DNA of 42,029 bases from assembly GCA_032718475.1 (NCBI GenBank), contig JAUCBJ010002013.1, positions 1 through 42,029 of the forward strand, written 5' to 3'. A program made the translations under genes and the position numbers. A model generated the notes under the pieces. That model worked only from the letters and a program-made list of their open reading frames with translations. It was not told the origin of the DNA and did not search any database. This document shows, piece after piece, positions 31,505-42,029 of this stretch (positions are counted from its first letter, which is position 1; each line of letters opens with the position of its first letter). This DNA is from Nemertoderma westbladi (lineage: Eukaryota > Animalia > Xenacoelomorpha).

Positions 31505-32145
31505 TCAGACTGATTCATTAGAATCAACGTTATGCGTCATCTCAAACCCCAATTGAACCGAATCATTCACAGTCGACTCAGGTTGAAATGAGACGTTTAA
31601 TAGTGATCCAGCTAACCCAGGTGAAATGTGGTCGTTCCTCGGCGACCCAGTTGGAACCGGAACGTTCCTCATTTCCCCAGGGGTAACATGATCGCTCCTC
31701 TGCGACCCTGTTGGAACGGGATCGTTCCTCATTGACCCCGGCGAAACGTGATCGTTCCTCATCGACCCTGGCGAAAGGTGATCGTTCCTCATCGACCCAG
31801 GCTGAACGTGATCGTTCCTCATCGACCCAGATGGAACGAGATCGTTCCTCATCGACACAGACGGAACGAGATCTTTCCTCATTGACCCTGGCGAAACGTG
31901 ATCGTTCCTCATCGACCCAGGCTGAACGTGATCGTTCCTCATCGACCCAGGCTGAAAATGATCGTTCCTCATCGACCCAGATGAAACGAGATCGTTCCTA
32001 ATCGACACGGGCGGAACGTGATCGTTCCTCATCCACACAGGCGGAACGTGATCTTTCCTCATCGACCCAGGCGAAACGAGATCGTTCCTCATCAACCCAG
32101 GCAGAACGTGATCATTCCTCACCGACCCAGGTGGAATGTGATCGT
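31505..32145 (-). CDS. LINE ORF1 C-terminal fragment made of a 30-bp / 10-aa repeat (SMRNDHVxPG)
   Basis: About 17 copies of GAACGTGATCGTTCCTCATCGACCCAG at 31620-32145; open frame ending in TGA at 31505, in frame with ORF2. Confidence 0.7.
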
Positions 32146-32800
32146 AGAAGGTTGAGTTGTGAATGAAGGAGGAGAGAGCCCTTTTGACGTCAGTTTGTAA
32201 GTATTGCGCCTACAGCGTGCGACTAGCTTTTTCGAGTAGCTAGTGCCCGGGATTGTTATTTTTGATTAAAATCACCAAATAGTATAACAGCGATACACCA
32301 AAATTGTTATATTCGTAAGGCCCCCCCTCACACGGAGCAACTTGTTTCTGCAACTTGTTTCTGAAACAAGTTGCTGGACCCCCTCACACACAGAAACTTG
32401 TTGCTGCAACTTGTTTCCGAAACTTGTTTCTGTGTGTGAGGAGTCCAGCAACAAGTTGCAGAAACAAGTTTCAGAAACTTGTTTCTGTGTGTGAGGGGGT
32501 CCAGCAACAAGTTGCTGGACATTTTTAAAAAGTTCTATCCCCAGCAACTTTTTTAAAACTTTTATTACATTTTTATACTAGCTAATATGCGATAATTTTG
32601 GTGATTTGATATTATATATAAATGACTGGACATGTTAGCTATCTATTTTGAAATAATTACATATGTCCCTATTATTGTAATCGTATGTGGGAATAAATAC
32701 ATCTGCTGTTAAGGAAACAGCTTTCTAGAAATCCTCACGCACTATTATAGCTCTGTAGGCCTAATACAGGTACGCTGAAAGTGACTGACTTAGAAATTAT

Positions 32801-34290
32801 GTGGGGCGAGCCACGAAGTTGGCGGAGCCTTAGCGAATTGACACTGTTAGGGGGTGGGTCAATTTATGCAAATAGTTGTCGTCGTCGTCGTTGTCGTCGT
32901 CGTTGTCGTCGTCGTCGTCGTCGTCGTCGTTACGATTTTGACATGCTAATAACTTTGTCGGATTTAAAGCTGCCAAGTTGAAAATTTGTAGGTATCAATA
33001 TGAGCAAAAGTTGAGATTTTTGAGAGACTTTCAGACACCATCAGTGCAATGGTCTCCCGCTAGAGGGCCACATGTCTAAACGGGTGGGTCAATTTATGCA
33101 AATAGTTGTCGTCGTCGTCGTCGCGTCGTCGTTGTCGTCGTCGTCGTCGTCGTTACGATTTTGACATGCTAATAACTTTGTCGGATTTAAAGCTGCCAAG
33201 TTGAAAATTTGTAGGTATCAATATGAGCAAAAGTTGAGATTTTTGAGAGACTTTCAGACACCATCAGTGCAATGGTCTCCCGCTAGAGGGCCACATGTCT
33301 AAACATTAAATGCCCTCCCATTTCTTTGCTTTTAATCCGTTTAAGCTGAAACTTGGCAGATATGTATTAGACCATTAGCTGTGACTTTCAAAGGAGGCGA
33401 ATCCATCTGCAGTTCTCCAGTCTGTCGCTAGAGGGCCAAAGGTCTGAAAGTGAAATCGTTGTCGTCGTTACGATTTTGACATGCTAATAACTTTGTCGGA
33501 TTTAAAGCTGCCAAGTTGAAAATTTGTAGGTATCAATATGAGCAAAAGTTGAGATTTTTGAGAGACTTTCAGACACCATCAGTGCAATGGTCTCCCGCTA
33601 GAGGGCCACATGTCTAAACATTAAATGCCCTCCCATTTCTTTGCTTTTAATCCGTTTAAGCTGAAACTTGGCAGATATGTATTAGACCATTAGCTGTGAC
33701 TTTCAAAGGAGGCGAATCCATCTGCAGTTCTCCAGTCTGCCGCTAGAGGGCCAAAGGTCTGAAAGTGAAATCGTTGTCGTCGTTACGATTTTGACATGCT
33801 AATAACTTTGTCGGATTTAAAGCTGCCAAGTTGAAAATTTGTAGGTATCAATATGAGCTAAAGTTGAGACGTTTGAGAGACTTTCAGACACCATCAGAGC
33901 AATAGTCTCCTGCTAGAGGGCCACATGTCTAAACGTTAAATGTCCTCCCATTTCTTTGCTTTTAATCCATTTATGCTGAAATTTGGCAGATATGTACTAG
34001 ACCATTAGCTGTGACTTTGAAAGAAGGAATTGAATTGAATTGAAGGCTAATCCGTGTGCAGTTCTTCAGTCTGCCGCTAGAGGGCGAAATGTTTGAAAGT
34101 GAAATCTTTCTCCCATCTCGTTATTTATGATCCGTTCAAGCTGAAACGTAGCAGATATGTAGTAGAAGTCGGCCTGAGTCTTTGGTGGGCAGTAAACGGT
34201 CTGGAGTCCTCCAGTCTGCCGCTAGAGGGCGAAATGTATAACTAAGTATAATTAAGTCACGTGCTGCGCGAAGGCCCCACTTCGTGTATA
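32801..34290 (+). mobile_element. Helentron-type (HINE-like) element with (GTC)n microsatellites and a ~315-bp internal tandem repeat
   Basis: Starts GTGGGGCGAGCCACGAAGTTGGCGGAG, ends GCTGCGCGAAGGCCCCACTTCGTG; two alternating ~145/170-bp subunits; homologous to 8409-9372. Confidence 0.7.
33057..34230 (+). promoter_or_regulatory. Eight co-oriented CTCF-like motifs (CCGCTAGAGGGC)
   Basis: Motifs at 33057, 33280, 33425, 33595, 33740, 33910, 34074 and 34219 match the CCASYAGRKGGC consensus; several carry an upstream TGCAGT module. Confidence 0.5.
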
Positions 34291-34711
34291 TTATTACGTA
34301 TTACTGTAGCTAAACTAAAAAGCCATTCAGCCGTACGTTACAGGGTTGTTATCAATTATCTGTAGGGAGGACATTAATAGATAAATAAGGGACTAATAGT
34401 GCAGTTAAGCATACACCCAACCAAATTTGTTTATATTAGCTTGTTTTTGCAAATTTTTTAAGAATCTTCTACATATTAGCTATTTATTTACTAAAGAAAT
34501 ATTAGTGTTTTATAACAAATATTTTTTGCACATGAGCAATTTTCGAAATCATTAATAAATAAGAAAATATATGTAGAATATCAAATAATCTAGCAAGTGC
34601 AGTATACAAAATGTGCTATGGTGTGTAAAGGTACGCATACTGCACCAGTAGTACCATAAATATTACTGATAGTAACAATGTGTTGGCAAGCTGTATTTTT
34701 CGAGGTGTTTG

Positions 34712-35039
34712 TTATTATACATTTTATTATAAGAAGGGATCAAGGGGTCTTAACCTCGAATGATAAGTTTATTTTACCGAAAATAACTTATCTTTTATTG
34801 GCGCAATTGTAGGACTAATCCCATCACAAGCGTACTTTTTAACCTTTTTAATATGAGATATTAATTTCAAGAAAAATTACGCGATTCCTAAATTTGTACA
34901 CTACCCGGTTAAAAAGTACGCTTGTGATGGGATTAGTCCTACAATTGCGCCAATAAAAGATAAGTTATTTTCGGTAAAATAAACTTATCATTCGAGGTTA
35001 AGACCCCTTGATCCCTTCTTATAATAAAATGTATAATAA
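34712..35039. mobile_element. Palindromic MITE with ~133-bp near-perfect arms and a 62-bp spacer
   Basis: 34712-34844 is the reverse complement of 34907-35039 apart from a 1-nt indel. Confidence 0.85.
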
Positions 35040-35131
35040 ATATTACTGACAAATAGTTCTAAAATAATAATATTATATATTTAGTAATATTATTAAACTT
35101 TTTAAAACGTCGAGATAACAGGCTGTTTGGG

Positions 35132-35630
35132 ATGGAGTGGACAATAGCCAAAGTGAATGAATTAATTTTAGCAGTAGAGAACAGACCTGAACTTTGGAAT
35201 ATTTTCCTGGAAGAGTACAAAGATCGCGTTAAAAGAGAGATAGGATGGCAAGATGTGGCCAAGGAAATTCAAGTAGATCGAAAGGGGGTGAGTTTGTGCT
35301 CGTATTAATTATTGAACATATATATTATACATACAGTTGATTTATATTTAACAGTTAAATTTTAGCATATATTTATTTTAACATAATATATTTAATAAAT
35401 AATTTAAATGCCTATGTAACAATATACAGTAAATTATAATATTTATTGTTTTTTTACAGGTGGAAAAGAAATTTCACATTCTTCGGACACAGTTTAATAA
35501 TGAAGGAAAGAAGTTAAGTAGGATGAAAAGTGGATCTGGGGCAGAAGAACGGCCCAGCAGATGGAACTATTACGGGGCTCTATCGTTCCTCAAGAGTGGG
35601 ATGAAACGAAGAGAGGGGAACTCGACACCG
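35132..35630 (+). CDS. Harbinger MADF/Myb-like DNA-binding protein (exons 35132-35287 and 35460-35630; remainder missing)
   Basis: MEWTIAKVNELILAVENRPELWNIFLEEYKDRVKREIGWQDVAKEIQVDRKG/VEKKFHILRTQFNNE...SGSG...RWNYYGALSFL; phase-0 GT-AG intron; next donor GTAAG at 35631. Confidence 0.85.
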
Positions 35631-36304
35631 GTAAGCTATGCATATGCATGTCTATATTGCCACTCTACCTCTCCACTCAGAGACATAAAATAATCCGTGA
35701 ATTCACTTCGAACGTCCTTCGCACGTCCTGGCGCGAGAATCCCAAAGCTGCTTTCGACCATGCGGCGTGCTCTGCTCAACCTGTAGTTGAAGACTCTTTG
35801 AGCAATATATTTGGTTTTAAAAGGAAATGGCTTCATCATGTTTTCATGTAGAGCGAAAGCATCATCCGCCACAATGACGTAGGGGGAAGAAGTTGACCGC
35901 CCATGAAGCGGGGACGGCAGCGGAAGATTCAATGTCCCCCTTTTAAGTCCATCTGCAAGATTTGTTCCTCCGAATACCCCACCGTCAGACACCCTGCCAT
36001 TGCAACCAACATCCACAAAGATAAATTTATATTCCGCGTCAACAAGGCCGAGAAGTACAATACTGTGACTTCCTTTATAGTTATAGAAATAACTTCCAGC
36101 ATTGGGGGGAGCACGAATTACCACATGCTTTCCATCTAGCGCCCCTAAACAATGAGGGAAGTCCCACAGTTGACCGGCACCACATAGGCATTAGTTGACC
36201 ATAGGCATTCGATATTGCCATCCAATCTGATTGTTCTTTCGGAAACTGGAAAATATATATATAGAAATTGTATATTAAATGGGGAATATTTTAGGCTCGT
36301 TAAG

Positions 36305-36530
36305 TCAAAGAATGCCTGTTTACCACCACGGGTGATCTTCCACAGTAAACCCTTCTACTCTGATTGCCAAGTTGCTTACTCTGATACCCAATCGACCACT
36401 GAAGGTTGAAAGCCGGGTTTGGTCTAGGCTGCAGCATTTAAAGCATTTTGCCCAAACAGTGCTGACCACTCTAGGGATCGAACCAGTGCCTCTTGATTGG
36501 ATGCCCGGGAATGGCACCACTAGTCTAAAC
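36305..36530 (-). mobile_element. tRNA-derived SINE in a transposase intron
   Basis: Minus strand TAGACTAGTGG (A box-like) and GGTTCGATCCC (B box); head interrupted by the MITE at 36531. Confidence 0.55.
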
Positions 36531-37088
36531 TGGGTATTAGTATTGCCTGTGACCCCACTTTTTGATGAAAAAAACTAGCTAGTAATTTATGATATACTAG
36601 CTACATATGTTGGTATTATGTTTGCCCCACTCAAGTTCTACATTCTGGAACATTTTTCTTGTGTTGCTATGGTAACCAAGTGTTGTAAATAATGATTTAT
36701 TGAAGGTTAATCGAATATGTTATTTAATGAATATAACAATGTAAATTGATTAGTTTTTTGTTTTTGAACTGAATTAAACAGATTTCTATAATTCGCTATT
36801 GTTTATTAGTGTTATCAGTTTGCTGAATGGGGCCTCCCTATTGTAATTTCGCAAGTTTACACGCAAAATTAAGCAATTTTATTGTACATAAATTTTCAAA
36901 ACTAACATTCTTAAAACGCCTTTTTTCTCCAAAAGGGTAATGGCAACTGTCAAATAACATTCTGGAACATCGCAATAGATCGTTCTATCTAGTTAGTTTT
37001 TTTTCAGTTTAGTTAGACTCTATCTAAATAGACTATCTAGTTAGTTTTTTTCATCAAAAAGTGGGGTCACAGGCCATACTAATACCCC
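36531..37088. mobile_element. MITE with ~50-bp TIRs (Sola2-like), flanked by AAAC
   Basis: GGGTATTAGTATTGCCTGTGACCCCACTTTTTGATGAAAAAAACTA versus TAGTTTTTTTCATCAAAAAGTGGGGTCACAGGCCATACTAATACCC; AAAC(TG) on both sides. Confidence 0.75.
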
Positions 37089-38826
37089 AAACTGCTGCTT
37101 TTTGCATATTAAAAATTTAATAAAAATTAATACGATTAAATACATTATATTATTAACTTAAGTGTAAATATTATTTATTATACTATATTTTATACAGTTG
37201 TTGGGGGACTTAATACAACAGGAATCCGAAGATTTACAATCGCAGGAAGAGGTTATTAATTTAAGTTTTAATTATTGTCTTAAATTGTTTGAATTAATGA
37301 TAGTTTTAATTATCAATTAATTTTAATTTATTAATTCATTAGCAATTGCACGGCAGACTATGGGAACGATTCCTGAAATAGTATTGGGTGGTATGCGAAA
37401 TATATACGATAAACTTTCGTAGGAGTCACCTGTGATGAAAAATAATAATAAATTATAAAATTATAAGTAATGTGGTCTAAAAAAAATATTTTTCAAAATT
37501 GATAGCTAACACGTGACCAATAACATTTATAAAAAAATAAGCCAAAACTAGCTAGTATAATAAATCGATGTCATGGAAATTACTTTGAAATTTAGTTCAA
37601 CATTATTTTTTTTGTTGAGAAAAAAAGTGTTATTTTTTTGTCAAACTTGTTAACGAGTTTGACAAAAAAGTGACTTTCCAACAAATGAAGTAAATTATTG
37701 CACTTACCTGAAACCAAGAAACGGATTGTTAAAGTCAAACGCTCCTTTGCCGAGATGGCATCTCTCATCATTGTATCCTGCTTTGTAATCTTAGGTCCAA
37801 CAATGAGTAAAATACTCTCTAGATCTTCAGCAGTCATTCTCAGGAATGAACGCAACTGCTGTGGATCTTCTATGGCTAGTTCTCTCATGAGAGCTCCGTG
37901 AGCTCCCAAAGTTTGACGTCCCTGGATCCATGGGCGAACCCAGTGCCGTCTCTTCTCCCTTTGGTAGTGGTTGAAAACCACAATGGATGCCACAACACGA
38001 CGACGTTGATGGTCTATTCGAGACATAGACCTGTAGTTGATACGTAGTGTTTGTTTAAAATATATAATGCATAAATTGTACAGGGGAATCAAAATTTGTG
38101 CCGGCTATGAAATACAGAGAGATGTTGGCATTTTTATTATATTTTTTTACAATCACATGAAATTTTCAATGTGTTAACTAAGTAATGTTTGCCCTCAGGA
38201 TAGCTAATAAATTACGGATGTACACCTATTGTTTAGAACGCTTTGGATAAAATATGAACAAAACCCAACCGCTAATATGTGATAAAAACCGTTCTGGAAA
38301 ATAATTTCACTAATGCAACTCTAGATATTTAACAAAAAATTGTCTTCATAACACAGGAATATTGCTAGGTTTATTGTTACAGTAGCTACAGTATTATTTG
38401 AAAATATTCGTTATTTTCTTCAGCAACAAGTTTCTGTGTGTGAGGGGGGTCCAGCAACAAGTTGCAGAAACAAGTTTCGGAAACAAGTTGCAGAAACAAG
38501 TTTCTGTGTGTGAGGGGGTCCAGCAACAAGTTTCAGAAACAAGTTGCAGAAACAAGTTGCTCCGTGTGAGGGGGGCCTAACACACACACACAGACACGCC
38601 TCTTGAGATCTAAGCTGGATTACTGACTACGATAGGCTTACAGTACGACTATTCTTATTATTTGAGGAGATATTTGGTATTTGTTTTACAGGCATAGAGG
38701 CACCCTTTTGACTGCTACTTTCCTGTCAGCAGTATTGTTTTACGCTAGTGTCGTTGACACGCTAGCTCGTATATACCCATATAAATCACACTGCGGCAAA
38801 TTTACAGTATTTTAGGTCCATTAGCG

Positions 38827-39418
38827 TAGTTAGGATTCGCTACACACGGGGATTGTTTTCCCATGAATTTGGTCTGTATCTGTAGATGTACATCTGCCCC
38901 ACCGGTTAGAGGCCGGGCATCCTGTTTGTCTAGTTCGCCCGGGCATTTGATTCGCCCAAGTATTAGAAGAGACATCAGGCTCCGTTCCTCGCCAGTAGTA
39001 GTTTGCGTACTTAGTATCTGTTTGTTTAGACACCCTGGACTGGGATTTCTTGTCAGATACTGTATGAGCCCATATACACTGGTGGATTCTACAGTAAGGT
39101 ACTGTACTTCGTTACTAGGATCCGGTAGGTGGTATACTACTGGTCTTCAATCTCCGTTGATTATTATTATCAACTACAGTAGTAGGAGTATGGGCGGCTC
39201 GGCGACAGTTAGTCCTGAGATACTGTCTGGGTGACACCTCCCAATTAGGCTAATTAGACCCTAACTGACGGGTGTCATCAATCAATTAGTACATTTAATC
39301 CCTAATAGGTGTCTTACGACTCCTAATTAGGGTTTAATTGATTATCCTAATTAATCAGACTGTCTAGCGCCCTAACACCCAATGAGTCATGAGTGATGAC
39401 TAACTGTCGCCTGTGACA
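38827..39418 (-). mobile_element. Possible degenerate solo LTR
   Basis: TGTCACAGG start on the minus strand and internal TAATTAG repeats; other end and TSD not established. Confidence 0.25.
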
Positions 39419-39472
39419 CCTATGCTCTTTTATTTATTGGTACTTACAGTCCAGCTCACCAACAGAGTGCCA

Positions 39473-39605
39473 TCGGATCCGATCTGAACCGATCGGATCC
39501 AACAGCTTCAAACACTTTCAGACAAACTCCAACAGTCCAACAACTTCAAACAGATTCAGACAGTTTCAAACAGATTCAGACAGAGTCAGACAACTTCCAA
39601 CAACC
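39473..39605. repeat. GGATCCGATC..GATCGGATCC palindrome followed by CAACTTCAAACAGATTCAGACA tandem
   Basis: Directly visible; probably a transposon subterminal remnant. Confidence 0.55.
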
Positions 39606-40100
39606 TGTCAATCACTCCACCCACACTCAACCGCAACCCCAACTCAACTCCCATCTTCTTGCGCGCAGATAGAATGAAAGCGTTTGAAACTACTAAAGGA
39701 ACTCCATTCATAAAGCCACAATAACGACAGAGTGGACTGGCCACTGGCGGCGCCCTTGAACATTCCCACTGTAACTTAAGCTGACCTGAAGGAACAGCCC
39801 ATTAGTGAGGTCGGTATTTCTCTTTATTACTGCCGCTATCTTTGAATAACACAATAGCAGAAAGCTAACCAGTGGTCTACCCCCAATACAAGAAAGACAA
39901 GTTGGCTACCATTGAAATGAATGGGGAATGGAATTCTGTGTTCACATACTAATGTTTCTTTGGGTTGGTCTAGAGCCATACAATAGAGCTTTACGGAAAT
40001 ACACTTCCAAAGAGTCAAGCAGTGGCGGTATAGGTCCAAAATGCCCATGTAGAATTTCTTCGAATAAGGCTCAATTTCTTTAAGTTACATTAATTAAAAT

Positions 40101-41674
40101 GTGAGGTCTGATCAAGAAACCGACCTACGGTTACAAAAAATAATTTTGTGTTTTTTTCTTGATTCAAATACACATTTTTATGCTGAATCGAACACTGAAA
40201 TCAGATTTCAAATCCGATAAAGTGTTGTTGAGATATTGAGTTTTGAAAATTAGTAGTCTTATTACCAAATTTTAACAAAGTTTTGAGAAAAACACCTTTC
40301 AAGTTAGGAGAGTTTCAAACGTTCCCGCCAATTTTCTGTAATTGGGGGTATTTTCAAATGAAAACTTTTACGATATTTCAAAGCAGACTTGTAAAAAATT
40401 AGGTATATACGTCAGAATTCTGATACACATCAGTGAATGGACCTTAGGCGACAATTTTTTAATTGTTATTTCTATTGGAGGTGACTCTGTCTGTTTGTCT
40501 GAATACTTGTCTGTTTGTCTGTCAAAAATGTAACAAATAAATAAATAAAGCACCAACACCTACATTTTTTTGCTATTGGGATTTTATTTGCCGATGATTT
40601 CAAATACGATATTGGTTTTCACTATATACCGATTCTAGACGATTGTCTACATGTCAGTCAGTCTGTCTGTTTTTGGTATGTCTGTCTGTCTGTTAAAATT
40701 TAAGAAGCGCACAAACTATTCAAAATTTGTGTTATGGGGTTTTTCTGGGTGGTGATAACATTTAAAATGTCACTGGGTGGTAATTACAGTTAAAATTTAC
40801 TTTTTCAGTTTGAAGAAATCTAGACGTTCTGTCTGTCTGTCTGTCTGTCTTTCTGTCTGTTTGTCTGTAAAAATTGAGAACTAAATCAAATTAACAAACA
40901 AATTTATTTATGGGGTTTTCTTGGTCGGTGACTTCATTTCCGATATCTATTTTTACTTTTGATTGATTATTTAATGTTTGTACGTTTGTCTGTACAATTA
41001 TGGGGTTTTCTTAGTCGGTGATTTCATTTCACCCAAAAGCTAAACATTTTGTTAGATTTCATGTTTCCATAATTTTTGACAGACAAACCGACACACAGAC
41101 AGACAGACAGACTGACTAACACGAATTCAGACAAGCAGGATCGCGTCAAACCCATAAATCGACATTGGAAATGGAATCGCCTTCCGAGAAAACCCCCAAA
41201 GCAAAATAGTTTGTTAGATATCATGTTTCCCTAATTTTTGACAGACAAACGGACACACAGACAGTCAGACAAACAGACTGATCGACAGTCTGTGATCCGT
41301 CAGCCGTGGAAAGTAACAATTGAAATTAAATCACTGAACAGGAAAACTCATAGCAAAAATTATCCTGTAGGACAAATACAATTATAGTATTTTGAAAAAG
41401 TAATACTACTGTTACTGAATCTTACAAATAATTGGCCACTTATTTATAATAATTTCAAAATGAGTGAGGTCTACAAAAAATCAAATAACTCCAAAACTAA
41501 AATAGATATGAAAATTTCGTTTACAGTTTCAGAATTAGCAAAAAATTCTGATCTAGAAAAAGTAAAAAAATAAAATTCGATATTTTAATACCAAATGAAC
41601 TATTTTGACTTCAACCTCTAATTATGTGAAATAATATTTTGCAACGGTAGGTCGATTTCTTGATCAAACCTCAC
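40101..41674. mobile_element. Non-autonomous Sola1-like DNA transposon
   Basis: TIR GTGAGGTCTGATCAAGAAACCGACCTACGGTTAC versus GCAACGGTAGGTCGATTTCTTGATCAAACCTCAC; 4-bp TSD AAAT (40097-40100 and 41675-41678) fits the Sola1 AWWT preference; internal (TCTG)n-containing units. Confidence 0.7.
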
Positions 41675-42029
41675 AAATACTGATAAATATATTTTGCTTT
41701 TCGCAGGAGGGACAGTATCCCCCTCTGCAGTTAATATAGTGTACGTACATGTGTTAGTTATATCGTTGCGTTTATTTATATTTATACAGGTTTGGATATG
41801 ATCTCTACTAGTTTGATTTTTGTTTTGTCAATTAATTAATTGTGCGGTTAATTTTTCAATCACAGCCTTAATTGGCTACATTGCTTATTGTATGAATGAA
41901 TATAATTAGTTATTAAGACATTATTTTAATTAGTATCTGGTGTGATTAGGTCTACCTTTTACATAACAACAGTACGTCAATGGCGGATATACTACTACTA
42001 CTAAGTCGAGCGAACCCGGACAGTGGCAA

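Larger units (their letters stand above)
28081..32145 (-). mobile_element. CR1-group LINE, 5'-truncated within ORF1
   Basis: APE+RT ORF2; 3' microsatellite tail (CTAAA)n at 28081-28108; no TSD seen. Confidence 0.9.
35636..38029 (-). pseudogene. Harbinger DDE transposase (exons ~38029-37709, ~37430-37335, ~36246-35636)
   Basis: HWVRPW..FLRM..ERLTLTIRFLVSG/DSYESLSYIFRI; GALDGKH, YNYKG.HSIVLL, SDGGVF, VADDAF, FNYRLSRARRMVE..FGIL; 25-bp frameshifting insertion and a deletion after FGILA. Confidence 0.9.
32319..38577 (-). mobile_element. PIF/Harbinger DNA transposon (defective) with nested insertions
   Basis: TIR GGCCCCCC(C)TCACACGGAGCAACTTGTTTC at both ends, TAA TSD (32316-32318 and 38578-38580), subterminal AACTTGTT arrays, convergent transposase and MADF genes. 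Confidence 0.95.

Noticed and set aside
32272-32547. Short ORFs at both Harbinger ends (also 38398-38580)
   Set aside because: Translations of subterminal AACTTGTT repeats
32781-32981. Arg-rich protamine-like ORF
   Set aside because: Translation of a (GTC)n microsatellite in the HINE-like element
1-42029. Uni-strand piRNA cluster
   Set aside because: TE-dense, but orientations are mixed (BEL and ZNF plus; others minus); cannot be supported without small-RNA data

Overview
AT-rich eukaryotic (animal, probably invertebrate) genomic DNA made almost entirely of nested transposable elements around one host-like gene. In order: an internally deleted IS3EU DNA transposon with ~1-kb foldback TIRs built from a TTACTGCAGTAA palindrome array (1-3881); satellites and Helentron-type non-autonomous elements; a minus-strand LTR retrotransposon remnant (10729-15130, TSD GCATT) whose env-position ORF encodes a DEDDy-like 3'-5' exonuclease fused to CCHC-type knuckles and whose 1.39-kb LTR carries an array of co-varying structured RNA modules (kink-turn plus cUUCGg); a non-autonomous BEL/Pao element (15803-23448, TSD TTCTG) whose primer-binding site is not tRNA-like but matches its own LTR (candidate self-priming); a 13-finger C2H2 zinc-finger gene; a CR1-group LINE with an intact ORF2; a PIF/Harbinger element (32319-38577, TSD TAA) with transposase and MADF genes and several nested insertions, including a tandem array of CTCF-like sites; and a Sola1-like MITE (40101-41674, TSD AAAT). 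All calls are from manual reading; no database searches were run.
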